Shown here: positions 1-12,397 of the stretch, piece by piece
Position numbering within the stretch: position 1 is the first letter of the stretch
How the letters are laid out: every line of letters starts with the position of its first letter
Assembly (NCBI RefSeq): GCF_009914755.1
Contig: NC_060925.1
Length of the DNA: 64,000 nucleotides
Reading direction: 5' to 3' (one strand)
Source: the human T2T-CHM13v2.0 reference genome, Homo sapiens
Notes under the pieces: model-generated
Seen by the model: only the letters and a program-made list of their open reading frames with translations
Told to the model about the DNA's origin: nothing
Database searches by the model: none
Made by a program: the position numbers and the translations under genes

Positions 1-859
1 ACGTGTATATAATTTTGCATGCTGTGTTGAATAGTCTCCAACTTAATAAAGTAGTACACCCTGTGGTTGTCATCCTGCGGGTGTCTCTTTCCCTGGGCTA
101 TCCCCTAATACAGAGGACAATTGTTCAGGGACCAGAGAGACTTAACTAATGGAAGGAGCTGAAAGAAGCTGCAGGCAAAGGAAGAGGCATCCAGGGACTG
201 GAATGGGAGGCCTCTCTCCTGCTGACAGCAAAGCAGCATTGTGGCTTTCCCAGAGCATCGGGCAATGCTTTCCTGAAGAGGCTTTGGAAGCATTTAGGGC
301 TCTGTAGGAATCTGGAAATCCAGCCTGCTCTGTGCTTGGGAGACCACCCCCTCCTTAGCCACAGAAGGAATTCAGAGCAGCCTGAAAGCGGCATAAATGC
401 CTCCACGGACTTTCCCTTCAGTGGTAGGAAGGAAACAATCTCACTAACAACCCAGGCAGTCTGTGTCATTTGTAATTAATTCAAAGTATGTATGTGGTAG
501 GTCCTGGAGACACACAGTGGGTGTTCAGACCCTACCCCTGTACTTGTGGAGAATGCAGTTGTATGGAGGATACTGACAAAAAGTCAATGGAAAAATCAAA
601 GAATGACATTTTGTCATGTTAGGAAGGAAGCAGACGAGGGGCTGGCAAGGGTGGGGTGGGAGGGCATTTGCTTTAGTGATGATGGTCAGAGGGAGACCAA
701 TGTGGCTGGAGAGTGAGGAGGAACCTGGCAGAAAAGCAGATGAGACCTGGGCAGAGAGCAGATTATGCCAGTGTGTGTGGGTATGCTGCATCTATTAGAC
801 AGCCATGTCCACTTCGTGGGTGATAATCAAGGGCGATATTTAAAATAGTCAACACCTGG

Positions 860-1069
860 CAGGGGTGGACCTGGTTTTGCTTAAACATTTTGGGGAGAGG
901 GCCTTTAAAAAAAGAAATTTTCAAGTGTCTTCTCAATGACTTTTTGTTTTTAAAACAAAACAAAACTGATACGGCCTTATAAACATATGGCTAGGATCTT
1001 TGAAAGGTGTTTTGCATATGGAGGCCCTGAAACTTAGGCTTCATCAGATTCACAGTAAATCCACCTTTG
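860..1069 (-). mobile_element. MER53-like hAT DNA transposon (MITE)
   Basis: Ends caggggtggacctgg... and ...gaggccctgaaacttaggcttcatcagattcacagtaaatccacctttg match the recalled MER53 termini; imperfect terminal inverted repeats. Confidence 0.6.
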
Positions 1070-1329
1070 AAAATCATTCAGAGCAGATGCCAGCAGTAAG
1101 CACTGGTACAGCTGTCCTGAGGCATCCCAGCTAAATGTCAGATGCAGATGCAGAGGTTCTTTCAGGGCTAAGAAGAAAACCTTGAAAAGAGTGGGGAAGG
1201 GGTGTTAGGGATATTTGCATGTGAGTGGGGGTAATGATGCCCTCTGAATCTAAGCTGCAAAGTTATAGAAGTTATAATATATATAATAGTAATATATTAT
1301 AATATATAATAACAATGTATGCAGACAGA

Positions 1330-1640
1330 GGAAAATAATGGAGGAGTCAGTGGGTTAGAGATCTTATAGAAGTCCTAGAATTGTACTAGTGGGGTGCCAG
1401 AGAAAGCGAGCTAAAATGACAATGAAAATGAGTCCTTGGAATCTAGAGGTTAGAAGTGGCCCATTTTCTGGTGATGGCAAAGGGCAGGAAATGACCATGC
1501 AGTGGGTGGCTGGAGTAGTGTGGAGGAAATGTCAGTGAAATTGAGGGTTGGAGTGTGGGATGACTCACCCATGTGGAACTTTCAGCTACAAATGATGTCA
1601 TGAGTTGGGTAGAGAGGAAGACAATGAGAATTTTTTTTAA
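1330..1640 (-). mobile_element. L2 LINE fragment
   Basis: Purine-rich stretch with decayed L2 ORF2-like motifs (gatgactcacccatgtggaactttcag). Confidence 0.45.
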
Positions 1641-1994
1641 AATTAAACTTGAGAACTCTTTATTATGTAAGAAACAGCTATAACTCTCATTTTCTTGGTT
1701 GCTAGGTGTGCTGTCCAGGATCTGGAAAGAAAAGTGCACACAACATCTAAATTTTTCTCCCAGTGGGAGATTCTACTGCTGGTATTAGAATCACAGGCAG
1801 ACATTACTGCACTTGTTTGGGCTTGGCTGAATCTCTGATCAGTTACATAGTTATATATGTCTGCATTTTCCCTTTCCTTGCTGGAGGTAAATGCCTTTTG
1901 AATGGTCATAGTCTCTATAGAGAAGTGTGTTATTAAAAAGGAAAAAAAACAGCAACAGATATTTTATGATATATAATGGTTTTTGTTTTGCAAA

Positions 1995-2190
1995 AGCCTT
2001 TCACATTTATCTCATTTGATCCTCAGAACAAACCCATAAAACAGTGAGCATTTTCCCATACAAGACAGAAAGAAACAGTCTCAAGTTAAGCAAACCACAG
2101 AGCTTACACATGTTATAGAAACCAGAGCTGAGGCTTGAATCCAGGTATTCTGCCTCCCTATCCAGTTCTCTTTCCACCAAAGCATGGCCC
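1995..2190 (-). mobile_element. MIR SINE
   Basis: tctcatttgatcctcagaacaaacccat...gagctgaggcttgaatccaggtattctgcctcc, reverse-strand MIR core. Confidence 0.7.
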
Positions 2191-2959
2191 CATATCTTTG
2201 TGGTAATGTTGCCATCTCAGCTGCTTCTACCAAATTGTTTGTTCCTAATGTTGCAAGCCTGTTGGTCTCAGAGAAAAGGGGCAAATGAGAGAATCCTGGG
2301 CCTGAGCCTTCAGACCCATGAGATATTTGCTTCCTCCAGGCTGGAGTTTGCTTGCTAAATGAACTGTGCTGGTTGTAAAGATCATGAAGCCAACTGAAAA
2401 AGATTTATAAGCTGTCTAGGTGATCATCCTTAATGGGAATACATAGGAGTGTGGGAAATCTCTAATTTACCACCTTGATTTGTGAGGGTGTGTACACTGG
2501 CATGGATACGTGTGTAACCCAGGCAGCCTGCTACACCAGTTTCCAAGCTGGCTTGCTTCAGTGCATTCACACACATAAATCCTGTCATTGGGAATATCCT
2601 TCCTGGCATCATTGCATGTCTCATTCAATCTCATGTCCCAGCTTAAATACTCAACTCTTTGGACCACTCTTGATTTTCCTAGATAAATGTAAAGTTTTCC
2701 TCCTCTGAACTCTCTGTCACCCTCCTGGGACCTCACTTATGGTACTTTTCATCTTGAATTAGTGGGAGTTGAAAAACAACCAGTCTTTCGTACTCTATTG
2801 TAAATGTAATACCTTAAGGCCAGGGAACATGTGTCATTCATATTTGTGTATCTGCCAGAGTTACCTTGCACCCTGATGTAAAGGAGCTTTGTTTGCAGTC
2901 TGCAATGAGGGACTGCTCATCGGGCCCCCAGTCTGCACAGCAAATCTTGATTCGAGGCA

Positions 2960-3325
2960 TCCAGAAGAGTTGACTGGGGGTGTCTGGAGCTCATGAGAGA
3001 AAGAAGGCTGAATTGTGGTCCTAGAGAGGGAAGGTAAAGTCACGGAGCGAATGAGATCACCCCAGGAAACTGTGAGAACTAGTAAGAAGTGATGCAGCCC
3101 GAGGACTGAACCTTAGGCAAACACATAAAGGGAGAAAAGTAAAAGAGGAGCCTCTGGGAAGGAATCACTGGGATTCAGGATAAAGTGAAGTCATAGGAGC
3201 CAGGAAGGAATGGTGAACAGTGGAAACATTCAGAGAGATAAAATAAGATGTTTAAAAGTGTCCGTTGGATTGAATGACAGAGAGGACATGATGTTCTTTG
3301 CCATGATAGCTTCTGTGAGGTGGTG
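2960..3325 (-). mobile_element. L2 LINE fragment
   Basis: gaatgagatcacccagga...gaggactgaaccttagg...gtgtccgttggattgaatgac, typical reverse-strand L2. Confidence 0.55.
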
Positions 3326-3327
3326 GC

Positions 3328-3441
3328 TAAGGTGATCAGATGTCCTCCATTGCTTGGGACTGAGGGGGTTTCCAGGATGTGGGACTTGCAGTGCTAAAAC
3401 CAAAAAAATTCTGGGCAAACTGTGATAAGTTGGTTACTGTA
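3328..3441. mobile_element. MER81-like hAT-Blackjack MITE
   Basis: About 114 bp with degenerate TIRs (taaggtgatca...ttggttactgta) and internal gggactgagggg...gggacttgcagtgctaaaacc. Confidence 0.65.
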
Positions 3442-3516
3442 AGTGAGAAAAATAAAAATCAAACTCCAGGGCTGAAGAGCGAGTGTGAGGGAAGAAGCAG
3501 CAACTGAAGTGAAGAG

Positions 3517-3745
3517 CAGTTTTTGGTTCACAGCAAAATTGAGCAGAAAGTGCAGAGTTCCCATAGACCCCTGACCCTGCACACACACAGCCTCCTGCCA
3601 CTATCCACATCCCACACCAGAGTGGACATTTGTTCCAATCAGTGAACCTGCACTGACACATCACTATCACCCAAAGTCCATAGTTTACATTAGGGTTCAC
3701 TCTTGATGTTGTATGCTATATGAGTTTTGACAAAGTACAATGTAG
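3517..3745 (-). mobile_element. L1M (L1MC/MD-type) 3' UTR fragment
   Basis: ttcacagcaaaattgagcagaaagtgcagagttccca...cccaaagtccatagtttacattagggttcactctt. Confidence 0.8.
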
Positions 3746-4289
3746 TTTAGAATGTCAGTATGGGAGGAAATTATTAGGTGTAAACAGATTGGAAGGGAAA
3801 AGAGACACGGATGCATGAAACTGCATTTGCCTGTATTTTATATAAGGTTGAAAAAGTACCAGTTGTCCACATCAAGGAATAAAGGGCTGATGGAGATTTG
3901 GGAGGAAGTTAAACCCTGCCTCAAATTCAACTCCCGTGTAGATCTCTAAGGAAAGCCCTATTCCTTATGCTACCTAGATGAAGCTGAGATGCCAGAAACA
4001 CATTGTAGCAAAAGAAATAAAATTCTCAAGGATATATGGATTCTGGACTAGGTCTATTACTCATGACTCATTTATTCCCTCAACAATGCCTCTGAAGAGG
4101 TCTTGGAAGACATTGTTTAAACAGAACATTAAGATGAAATTTCTGTTTCTGGAAGGATGGTATGGAAAACTAGATGCTCTGTCTGGCTGTCTTACCAAAA
4201 ACAGTTTAACAGTCTGGATAAAATATTTTTTGAAAAAGTAAGTGCAAGCTGGAGCTAGGATGAAAACAGTGAGAGTTGAGAGTCCTAAA

Positions 4290-4640
4290 CCAAAGTGAAT
4301 AAAAAGGAACAAAATGTTAATACACGCAACAGTATGGAGTAACTCAACACCATTGTGCTGAGTGAAGGAAGCCAGACAAAAGAGAATACATACTGTGTGA
4401 CTGCATTTACATAAAATTCCTGAAACTGCAAACGAATCTGTAGTGGTAGGAACTAGGTAAGTGGTTTCATGGGAGTAGGAGTAGTTGGAGGAATTGTTAC
4501 AAAGGAGCAGGGGGAAGCTTTTGGGGTGATGGAAATGTTCACTCTCTTGATTATAAGGATGGTTTCATGAATGTATATTGCCAAAATTGATCAAATATGT
4601 GCAGTTTATGGTACTTCAATTATACAGTAACAAAGATCCT
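4290..4640 (+). mobile_element. L1ME-type 3' end fragment
   Basis: gtgctgagtgaaggaagccagacaaaagagaatacatactgtgtga...ttttggggtgatggaaatgttc. Confidence 0.75.
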
Positions 4641-4928
4641 AGTAAAAATACCCAGACTAGCTCAGGCAGAAAAAAAAGTGACGGTAGGAACTCAAACTTG
4701 AACATTGCTTTGAGTGTTTTTTACCCTGAGGGCATACACCAAACTCTACTGATCCTAAGCTTCACTCTCACATCCTGTCAGGGCAAGGGGAAAGGAGAAA
4801 AAGCCTGAAGTGGAGAGTTTAATAGGAGAGCCCCTGTAGGAAACTGGGACCTCCACATGCTGTACTTTTAATGTAAGGATGACCAAAACATAAGCCAGTC
4901 CCTCACTCCCTGCCCGCCCAGCGGATAA

Positions 4929-5250
<322 letters not shown>

Positions 5251-5919
5251 CCTATACTTATTTTATCTTGATAGCAAACACAAGGTTTCTAGATTAGTGA
5301 TCAGACCAATTATTTACCTACAGCAGTAACATTAATGGTTCTCCATGCTCCACTTACCCCTTTGTGGTGATGTGATGAGGGCAGATATTCCCCTTGCATG
5401 TACAAAGGGAGTCAGTCCTTTTGGAGGGAAACCCAGAAATTATGAACCTCAGAGTTTATGAAGGAACTGCTGCCCTTTCCTCTGCAGAGAGGAAAAGAAA
5501 CCATTGCTCTCTAATGTAAACCAATCCTCTATAGGAAGAGAAGGGGAAGGTCCCTAGGTGTCCACATCCTTTGAAGGTAAATAAATAATAGTTTTTGGGA
5601 AAATAAACCTTCAAATCTCTCTGGGGTAATAAACAATCTCGAAATTCTAAGGCTTGTTTACCATTCACTCATACTTGGCCAGGAATTTTTGCTCATGCAC
5701 AAACAGGAAAATATTCACACTGTTTCTTGACAGAGGATACATGGGAACACTGCCTATCTCGAGCTTAAATACTTACTGGAGAAGTGAAATACTCAGTTGA
5801 GCATTAATAAACATAATATGGCCTCATGTAGACTGAATTCATATTATTTGGATTGTAATAATAAATTAAATTAGACACTTAATTGATTATTTAACAGCTG
5901 ATTAGATATAGCTCAAAAC

Positions 5920-6270
5920 AGACCTGAGAAATAAATCTAAAGAGATCAACCAGTATGCTGCAAAGAGAGACAAAAAGATGGAAAATATGAAAAAGTGGTT
6001 AATAGGTATGGGAAACAGAATGAAAAGATCTATCATGAGTCTAAATGGAGTCTCAAAAGGAGAAAAGAGAGAGAATAGTGAAGAGGCAAATTTTTGAAAA
6101 GATAATGACTGCAGAATTGATGAAAGACTGTAATCCTCAAATTCAGACAGAACAATGAATTCTGAGCAGGTTAAATTAAAATAAATACATTCCTAGGTAC
6201 ATCATAGTGTATATTAAAAGCAGCAAGAGCGATTACTCTCAAAAGAGCACCTAGATCACTGACCAAGAAG
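5920..6270 (+). mobile_element. Ancient L1/HAL1 ORF1-region fragment
   Basis: A-rich decayed ORF1-like sequence (agagagacaaaaagatggaaaatatgaaa...atcctcaaattcag...cctaggtacatcatagtg). Confidence 0.65.
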
Positions 6271-6277
6271 TCATCTG

Positions 6278-7272
6278 ATTTTTTAAAAATTGAGATGTAA
6301 TTCATAGACCATTAAATTCACTCTTTTTAAGTGTACAATTTAGCTATTTAAGTATCTTCACAAGGGTGGAACAACCACCACTACCTAGTTCCAGAACATT
6401 TTCATTACCCCCAAAAGAAACTTGTACCATTTAAGCAATCATTCTGCATTCCACTCCCTTCCCCCAACCCCTGTCAGCCAATTCTCTACTTTCTATTTCT
6501 ATGGATTTACCTACTTTGGACATTTCATACAAAAAGACTCATATAATGTGGCCTTTCGTGCCTGCTTTCTTTCACTTAGCATAATGTTTTCAAGGTTCAT
6601 TCATGTTGTAACATGTATCAGTCACTACTTCATTCCTTTTTGTGGCTGAGTAATATAATACTAATATTCTTAAACATTTTCTTTATTCCTTTATCAGTTG
6701 ATAAACATTTGGGTTATTTCCATTTTTTGGCTATTATTAACTATACTGTTATGAACATTCATATATAAATTTTTATGTGAACATATGTTTTCAATTCTCC
6801 TGGAATATACCTAGAAGTGGAATTGCTGGGTCATGTGATAACTCTATGTTTGGTTTCTAATAAAGTGATAAACAGTTTTCCAAAAGTAGCCGCACCATTT
6901 TACATTCCCACCAGCAATGTACGAGGATTCTGGTCTCCCCACATGCTTGCCAAGGCTTGTTTTTGTCCATGTTTTTGATGATAGCCATTGTAGTGGATGT
7001 GATGTGGTATTTCATTGTAGTCTTGATTTGCATTTCCCTAATGACTAATGATGTTGAGCATCTATTCGTGTGCTTATTGGCCATTTATATGACTTCCTTG
7101 GAGAAATGTCCCTTCAAATCCTTTGCCCATTAAAAAAAATTGATTGTCTTTTTATTTTTGACTTATAAGAGTTCTTTGTATATTCTGCATTCTTGATCCT
7201 TATTAGATATACGATTTGTAAATATTTTCTCCCATTCTGTGGGTTGTCTTTCACTTTCTTAATAGTGCCCAT
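6278..7272 (-). mobile_element. L1MB-type 3' fragment
   Basis: L1 3' UTR plus ORF2 C-terminal peptide [27 protein letters not shown] (ORF 6857-7084). Confidence 0.9.
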
Positions 7273-7416
7273 TTAAAAAAAAATGAACCATTGAACACCA
7301 AATTCAAAAAATTTAAAAACTATTATAGTGTTATCCTGATTTGCTGGTTACCTCCTTTTAGCCTTCACTGCGTAAATTTGGCAAACCCAAATGTAAGCTT
7401 ATCTTGGATGCCTGCC

Positions 7417-7475
7417 TTTCTCTGCCGTCTCTGACAGTTGCTTACCACTCCCCAGAAATGTATTTCCTGTGGAGT
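7417..7475. repeat. 59-bp local direct repeat, copy 1
   Basis: 55/59 identical to 9159-9217 by direct alignment. Confidence 0.95.
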
Positions 7476-7869
7476 GGACATACCATAATGTTTGTAAATT
7501 CTGAGCTACTCATTTTTTCCTCAATATCAGATATTGCCTTGTGGAATACAGAATGACTGCCCCTAGACAACAACAATTTAAGGGTGGTCAGTAAGAGTAA
7601 GTAGCAATTCAAAGATATTTGCCTCATGCGTGGGCACATTTGTATGTGAGTGTGTGCATATACGTGCCTTGCAGATCCAGAGCTAATGGGATAGGTTGGT
7701 AAAATGATTGATGGTCTTCCCCAGGAGGATGATCAATATTAACGATATATAGATGGTTTTCCTCAGATTTCTCATGCTTTTTTTTTTTCCAATTCACTTT
7801 ACCGGGCAAGTAGGAGAGACATGGAGTTGATCCTCTCATTTCCCTCCAAACAGGTTGTGGAATTCACCT

Positions 7870-8630
7870 TGCATACCTCCTGTTTCCTCATACAGCCCCT
7901 CCTCATAATCCCTCTGCATCCCCACCCTATGGGTCACTGAGTTGCATTGATTCAGCTAACTCAGTATCTCCCACCTAACCATGTTCTGTTTCCATCCACA
8001 CCCTCCTAGTTTAAGGCTTCATGGCTGGCAGCCTCCTAACTTACCTCCTTGTTGTAGTCCCTCGAATTCCACTCTGATCTCTGCACCACTGCCCTAGCAT
8101 CCTTCTAAAAGCCTGTAGCTTGTCATTTATACTCTGCAAACCTAACAAGAGGGACCAGGTCTTCTCGTCTTTAGAAATAAAACATAAATGAGCATGTCAC
8201 TTTTTTGTTAAAAATCTTCTCTGGCTCCCCTCTACCTTTCGCCTGCCGTCTGAAGAACTCAGCATGGCATCCAAAGCCGCTTCCAGGTGCTGCTATCATC
8301 ACACTTCCTGCCCGACTGCCCACCATTCTCCTTTCCTCTCACATCCTGTCCTTTCTACACCACGGCTGCCCTGCACCACTCTGCCCCCTATCATTGAGGG
8401 CATCTCCATGTCTCTGGTGCAGTTCCAGTGCCAACTGTTCTGTGCAGACTGCCCTGGATGTTTGACCAGTATTATTCCTTCGCTCCCACTGTGCTTTGTC
8501 TGTATCTCCCAGACAACAGTTATCGCATGCCTCCTGTCTCCTTCCTGGAAGGCGGGGATTTTGTGAATTCATACATAACCTCTCAGGGCCTGGCTAATCA
8601 TTGATGGTCAATAAACATTTGTTGAATTGA
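7870..8630 (+). mobile_element. L2 LINE 3' fragments
   Basis: Pyrimidine-rich L2 motifs ending ggtcaataaacatttgttgaattga. Confidence 0.6.
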
Positions 8631-8990
8631 GCTACATTTTTATGTGCAAGCTTAACTTTAGAAAGAAAAACTTAGGGAGAAAAACCAGGAGAGGAGGTGG
8701 GTGTGGGTTTCATAGGATAACAGTCTCTTGATTCCCCAGAATTTCGAGACGTTTCAGATGCCACCAAGCTGAAACTCCTGCCTCATGCGGCCCTTGTTCC
8801 TGTCACTCTCTTTCTTCTCTTCTCTCAGTCTCCAGCTTGCCTGCTACTCCTCCTCCACGTGGCCAATGGTTGTGGTATCTGCCTGCTTCCCCTCTGGCTT
8901 GTCTGATGGTCCCACGAAGAGGCTGGAAGGCGAACTTTTCTGGGACTGTCTCCATGGGGACTTGGAATGTAATAGACAGTCTTCCTGCTG

Positions 8991-9014
8991 CAGGCAGGCA
9001 GGCAGGCAGGCAGG
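8991..9014. repeat. (CAGG)6 / (CCTG)6 microsatellite
   Basis: caggcaggcaggcaggcaggcagg read directly. Confidence 0.95.
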
Positions 9015-9158
9015 AGGGGCAGGAGAGGGAGGCAAGGTCTCAGGTCCCTTTCCTCTCTTGCCCTGGAGTGAACTGCATGCCCCATATTCTGGGAGGAGAG
9101 AATTCAGAGCAGGTGTTTCCTCCTCTGAGAGGCAAAACATTCCTCTAGCACTTCATCT

Positions 9159-9217
9159 TTTCTCTGCCATCTCTGACATTTGCTCACCACTCCCCAGAAA
9201 TGTATTCCCTGTGGAGT
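9159..9217. repeat. 59-bp local direct repeat, copy 2
   Basis: 55/59 identical to 7417-7475. Confidence 0.95.
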
Positions 9218-9668
9218 AAAATCTAGAGTTCAGCTGAAGGACAGGAAGAAAAACCATAAAACCCTTACATATCAAACTGTCTGACCTGCTGATGTAATTC
9301 ATTTGCAAGGACACTATAAGATTGTTATACTTAGATAGAGCTTGCGTTTGGCACCGGCTTTGGGGAATTGCTTTCTCTTTTTCTGCACATAGCAAGGATC
9401 ATCCCTGTCCTTATCCTGGGGTGTGGGACCTACCTTCCTTAACCCCTATTACCTAGTTTCCTGGCCACTTGGGGCTTCCTTCTTATAACTTCTTGTAATG
9501 ACTGTATTCATACTCACATAACTTTTCTGTATAGCTTTGAAAACAGATCTCCCCATCCATCCTTCCTGCCCCTTCATGCCTTTCCTAAGCTCTCCCCACC
9601 AAAACACACAATTTGAGGGCTAGCCCAGTGCATAGCATCTACTTACACAGTCCAGCATGGTATCTACT

Positions 9669-10141
9669 CGTTCTTGTCAGACCCCTATTGACTTCAGTAG
9701 GGATGGCACTGTGTTCAAGAGGCTGAAGAGACCCAGAGCCAGTGAATGAGACATAGGGTTTATTGAAGGAACTTACACACAGGGAGATCTGGTGGCAGTG
9801 GGTTAGAGAGGAGAACTGCCACCACTTTTAACAAGTATGCAATTTATATAGCATTTTCACTTAGTATCCTCTCCCTAGCAACCTCCACCTGGTAACCTTC
9901 ATTCAACCCAAAACAAAGGGCCTTGAGCCCCTGTATGAGCTGCATTCCACAGGATGGGCAGAGGGCATGTGTCGGTGGTGGTGGGGGTTTGGATGTTCCT
10001 CATAGATAAGGAATGAATCTCTGGGTTGGTCACTTCCGGATTCCTTATCTTGGAACTCTAAACACATTCTTCTTAGACCATAGGGTCATTCGCAGGGTAT
10101 GCTTACATTAAGGTATTGCTGTCACTTATGTCTGCCATACA
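9669..10141 (-). mobile_element. LTR47-like solo LTR (ERVL)
   Basis: Minus strand starts TGTATGGCAGA, has TATATAAA (9843-9850) and AATAAA (9759-9764); near 5-bp TSD ctact/ctagt; matches recalled LTR47. Confidence 0.8.
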
Positions 10142-10453
10142 CTAGTAATATGTTGCTACTTAAATGTAAATGAAGGAAAATTTTCCTAGCCAGAGCAATC
10201 AGACAAAAGAAAGAAATAAAGGGCATCCAAATCAGTAAAGAGGAAATTAAACTGTTGCTGTTGGCTGATGAGATGATCATATACCAAGAAAACCCTAAAG
10301 ATTCATCCAAAAAGCTCGTAGATCTGATAAATAAATTCAGGAAAGTTTCAGGTTACAAAATAAGTGTACACAAATCAATAACACTGCTATATACCAACAA
10401 TGACCAAGGTGAGAATCAAACCAAAAACTCAACCCTTTTTACAACAGCTGCAA

Positions 10454-10454
<1 letters not shown>

Positions 10455-10493
<39 letters not shown>
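10455..10493. repeat. (AAT)n microsatellite inside L1
   Basis: About 13 AAT units. Confidence 0.95.
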
Positions 10494-10496
<3 letters not shown>

Positions 10497-11872
10497 TACT
10501 TAGGAATATATCTAACCAAGGAGGTGAAAGATCTCTACCATGAAACTACAAAACATTGCTGAAAGTAATCCTAGATGACAAAAACAAATGGAATCACATC
10601 TCATGCTCATGGATGGCTAGAATCAATATTGTGAAAATGACCATGCTGCCAAAAACAATCTACAGATTCAATGCAATTCCCACTAAAATACCATCATCAT
10701 TCTTCACAGAACTAGAAAAAAAAATCCTAAAATTCACATGAAAACAAAAAAGAGCCCACATAGCCAAAGCAAGACTAAACAATCAACAACAACCACAAAA
10801 CAAATCTAGAGGCATCACATTACCTGACTTCAAACTATACTATAAGGCCATAGTCACCAAAACAGCATGGTACTGGAATAAAAATAGGCACATAGACCAA
10901 TGGAACAGAATAAGGAACCCAGAAATAAACCCAAACACTTACAGCCAACTGATCTTTGACATAGCAAACAGAAACATTAAGTGGGGAAAGGACTACCTAT
11001 TCAACAAATGGTGCTGGGATAACTGGCAAGCCACATGTAGAAGAATAAAACTGGATCCTCATCTCTCACTTTATACAAAAATCAACCTGAGATGGATCAA
11101 AGACTTAAACTTAAGACCTGAAACCATAAGAATTCTAGAAGATAACATCAAAAAAACCCTTCCAGAAATTGGCTTAGGCAAAGACTTTATGACCAAGAAC
11201 CCAAAAGCAAATGCAATGAAAACAAAGATAAATAGATGGGACCCAATTAAACTAAAAAGCTTCTGCATAGCAAAAGAGATAATCAGTAAACAGACAACCC
11301 ACAGAGGGGAAGAAAATATTTGCAAACTATGCATCTGACAAAGGACTAATATCCAGAATCTACAATGAACTCAAACAAATCAGCAAGAAAAAAACAAATA
11401 ATCCCATCAAAAAGTGGGCTAAGGACATGAACAGACAATTCTCAAAAGAAGATATACAAATGGCCAACAAACATATGAAATGATGCTCAACATCGCTAAT
11501 TATCAGGGAAATGCAAATCAAAGCCACAATGTGATACCACCTTACTCCTGCAAAAATGGTCATAATCAAAAAATCAAAAAATAACAGATGTTAGTGTGAA
11601 TGTGGTGAAAAGGAAACACTTTTACACTGTTGGTGGGAATGTAAACTAGTACAACCACTATGGAAAACAGTATGGAGATTTCTTAAAGAACTAAAAATAG
11701 AACTACCATTTGATCCAGCAATCCCACTACTGGGTATCTACACAGAGGAAAATAAGTCATATGAAAAACATGCTTGCACATACATATGTATAACAGCACA
11801 ATTTGCAATTGCAAAAATATGGAACCAGCCTAAATGCCCATCAACCAATGAGTGGACAAAGAAAATGTGAGA

Positions 11873-11898
11873 TATATATATATATATATATATATATA
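11873..11898. repeat. (TA)n microsatellite inside L1
   Basis: About 13 TA units. Confidence 0.95.
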
Positions 11899-12261
11899 AC
11901 TCAGAGATAAAAAGGAATGAAATAATGGCATTTGCAGGAATCTGTATAAAGTTGGAGACCATTATTTTAAGTGAAGTAACTCAGGAGTGGAAAGCCAAAC
12001 ATTTTATGTTCTCACTCATAAGTGGGAGCTAAGTTATGAGGATGCAAAGGCATAAGAATTATACAATGGACTGTAGTGACTCAGAGTAAAGGATGGGAGA
12101 GGGGTGAGGGATAAAAGACTACACACTAGTTACAGTGTACACTGCTTGGGTGACAGGTGCACCAAAATCTCAGAAATTACTACTACAGAACTTGTCCATG
12201 TAACCAAAACGCATCTTTTCCCCAAAAACTATTGGAATTTTTTAAAAAGGAAAAAAAATGA

Positions 12262-12397
12262 AAAAAATTAAAATTAAAAATTTATACTAGTCACATCTTT
12301 AGAACTCAGGAGCCACATGTGGCTACTGGCCACATATTCATCATTATGGATTTATAACATTTTCATCATTGCAGAATATTCTGTTTGAATATAGTGT
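12262..12397 (-). mobile_element. MER3-like hAT-Charlie element (largest of three pieces)
   Basis: agccacatgtggctactgg...aacattttcatcattgcagaa; other pieces at about 9643-9668 and 10142-10183. Confidence 0.7.

Larger units (their letters stand above)
10184..12260 (+). mobile_element. 5'-truncated L1PB (L1PB2/3-like)
   Basis: ORF2 RT/C-terminal fragments ([20 protein letters not shown]), L1PB-type 3' UTR, A-rich tail. Confidence 0.93.

Noticed and set aside
8605-8630. AATAAA as a gene polyadenylation site
   Set aside because: It is part of the standard L2 3' terminus (caataaacatttgttgaa).
8785-9219. 144-aa plus-strand ORF with a hydrophobic N-terminus
   Set aside because: No recognisable homology; it crosses a microsatellite, and local splice signals point to the minus strand.
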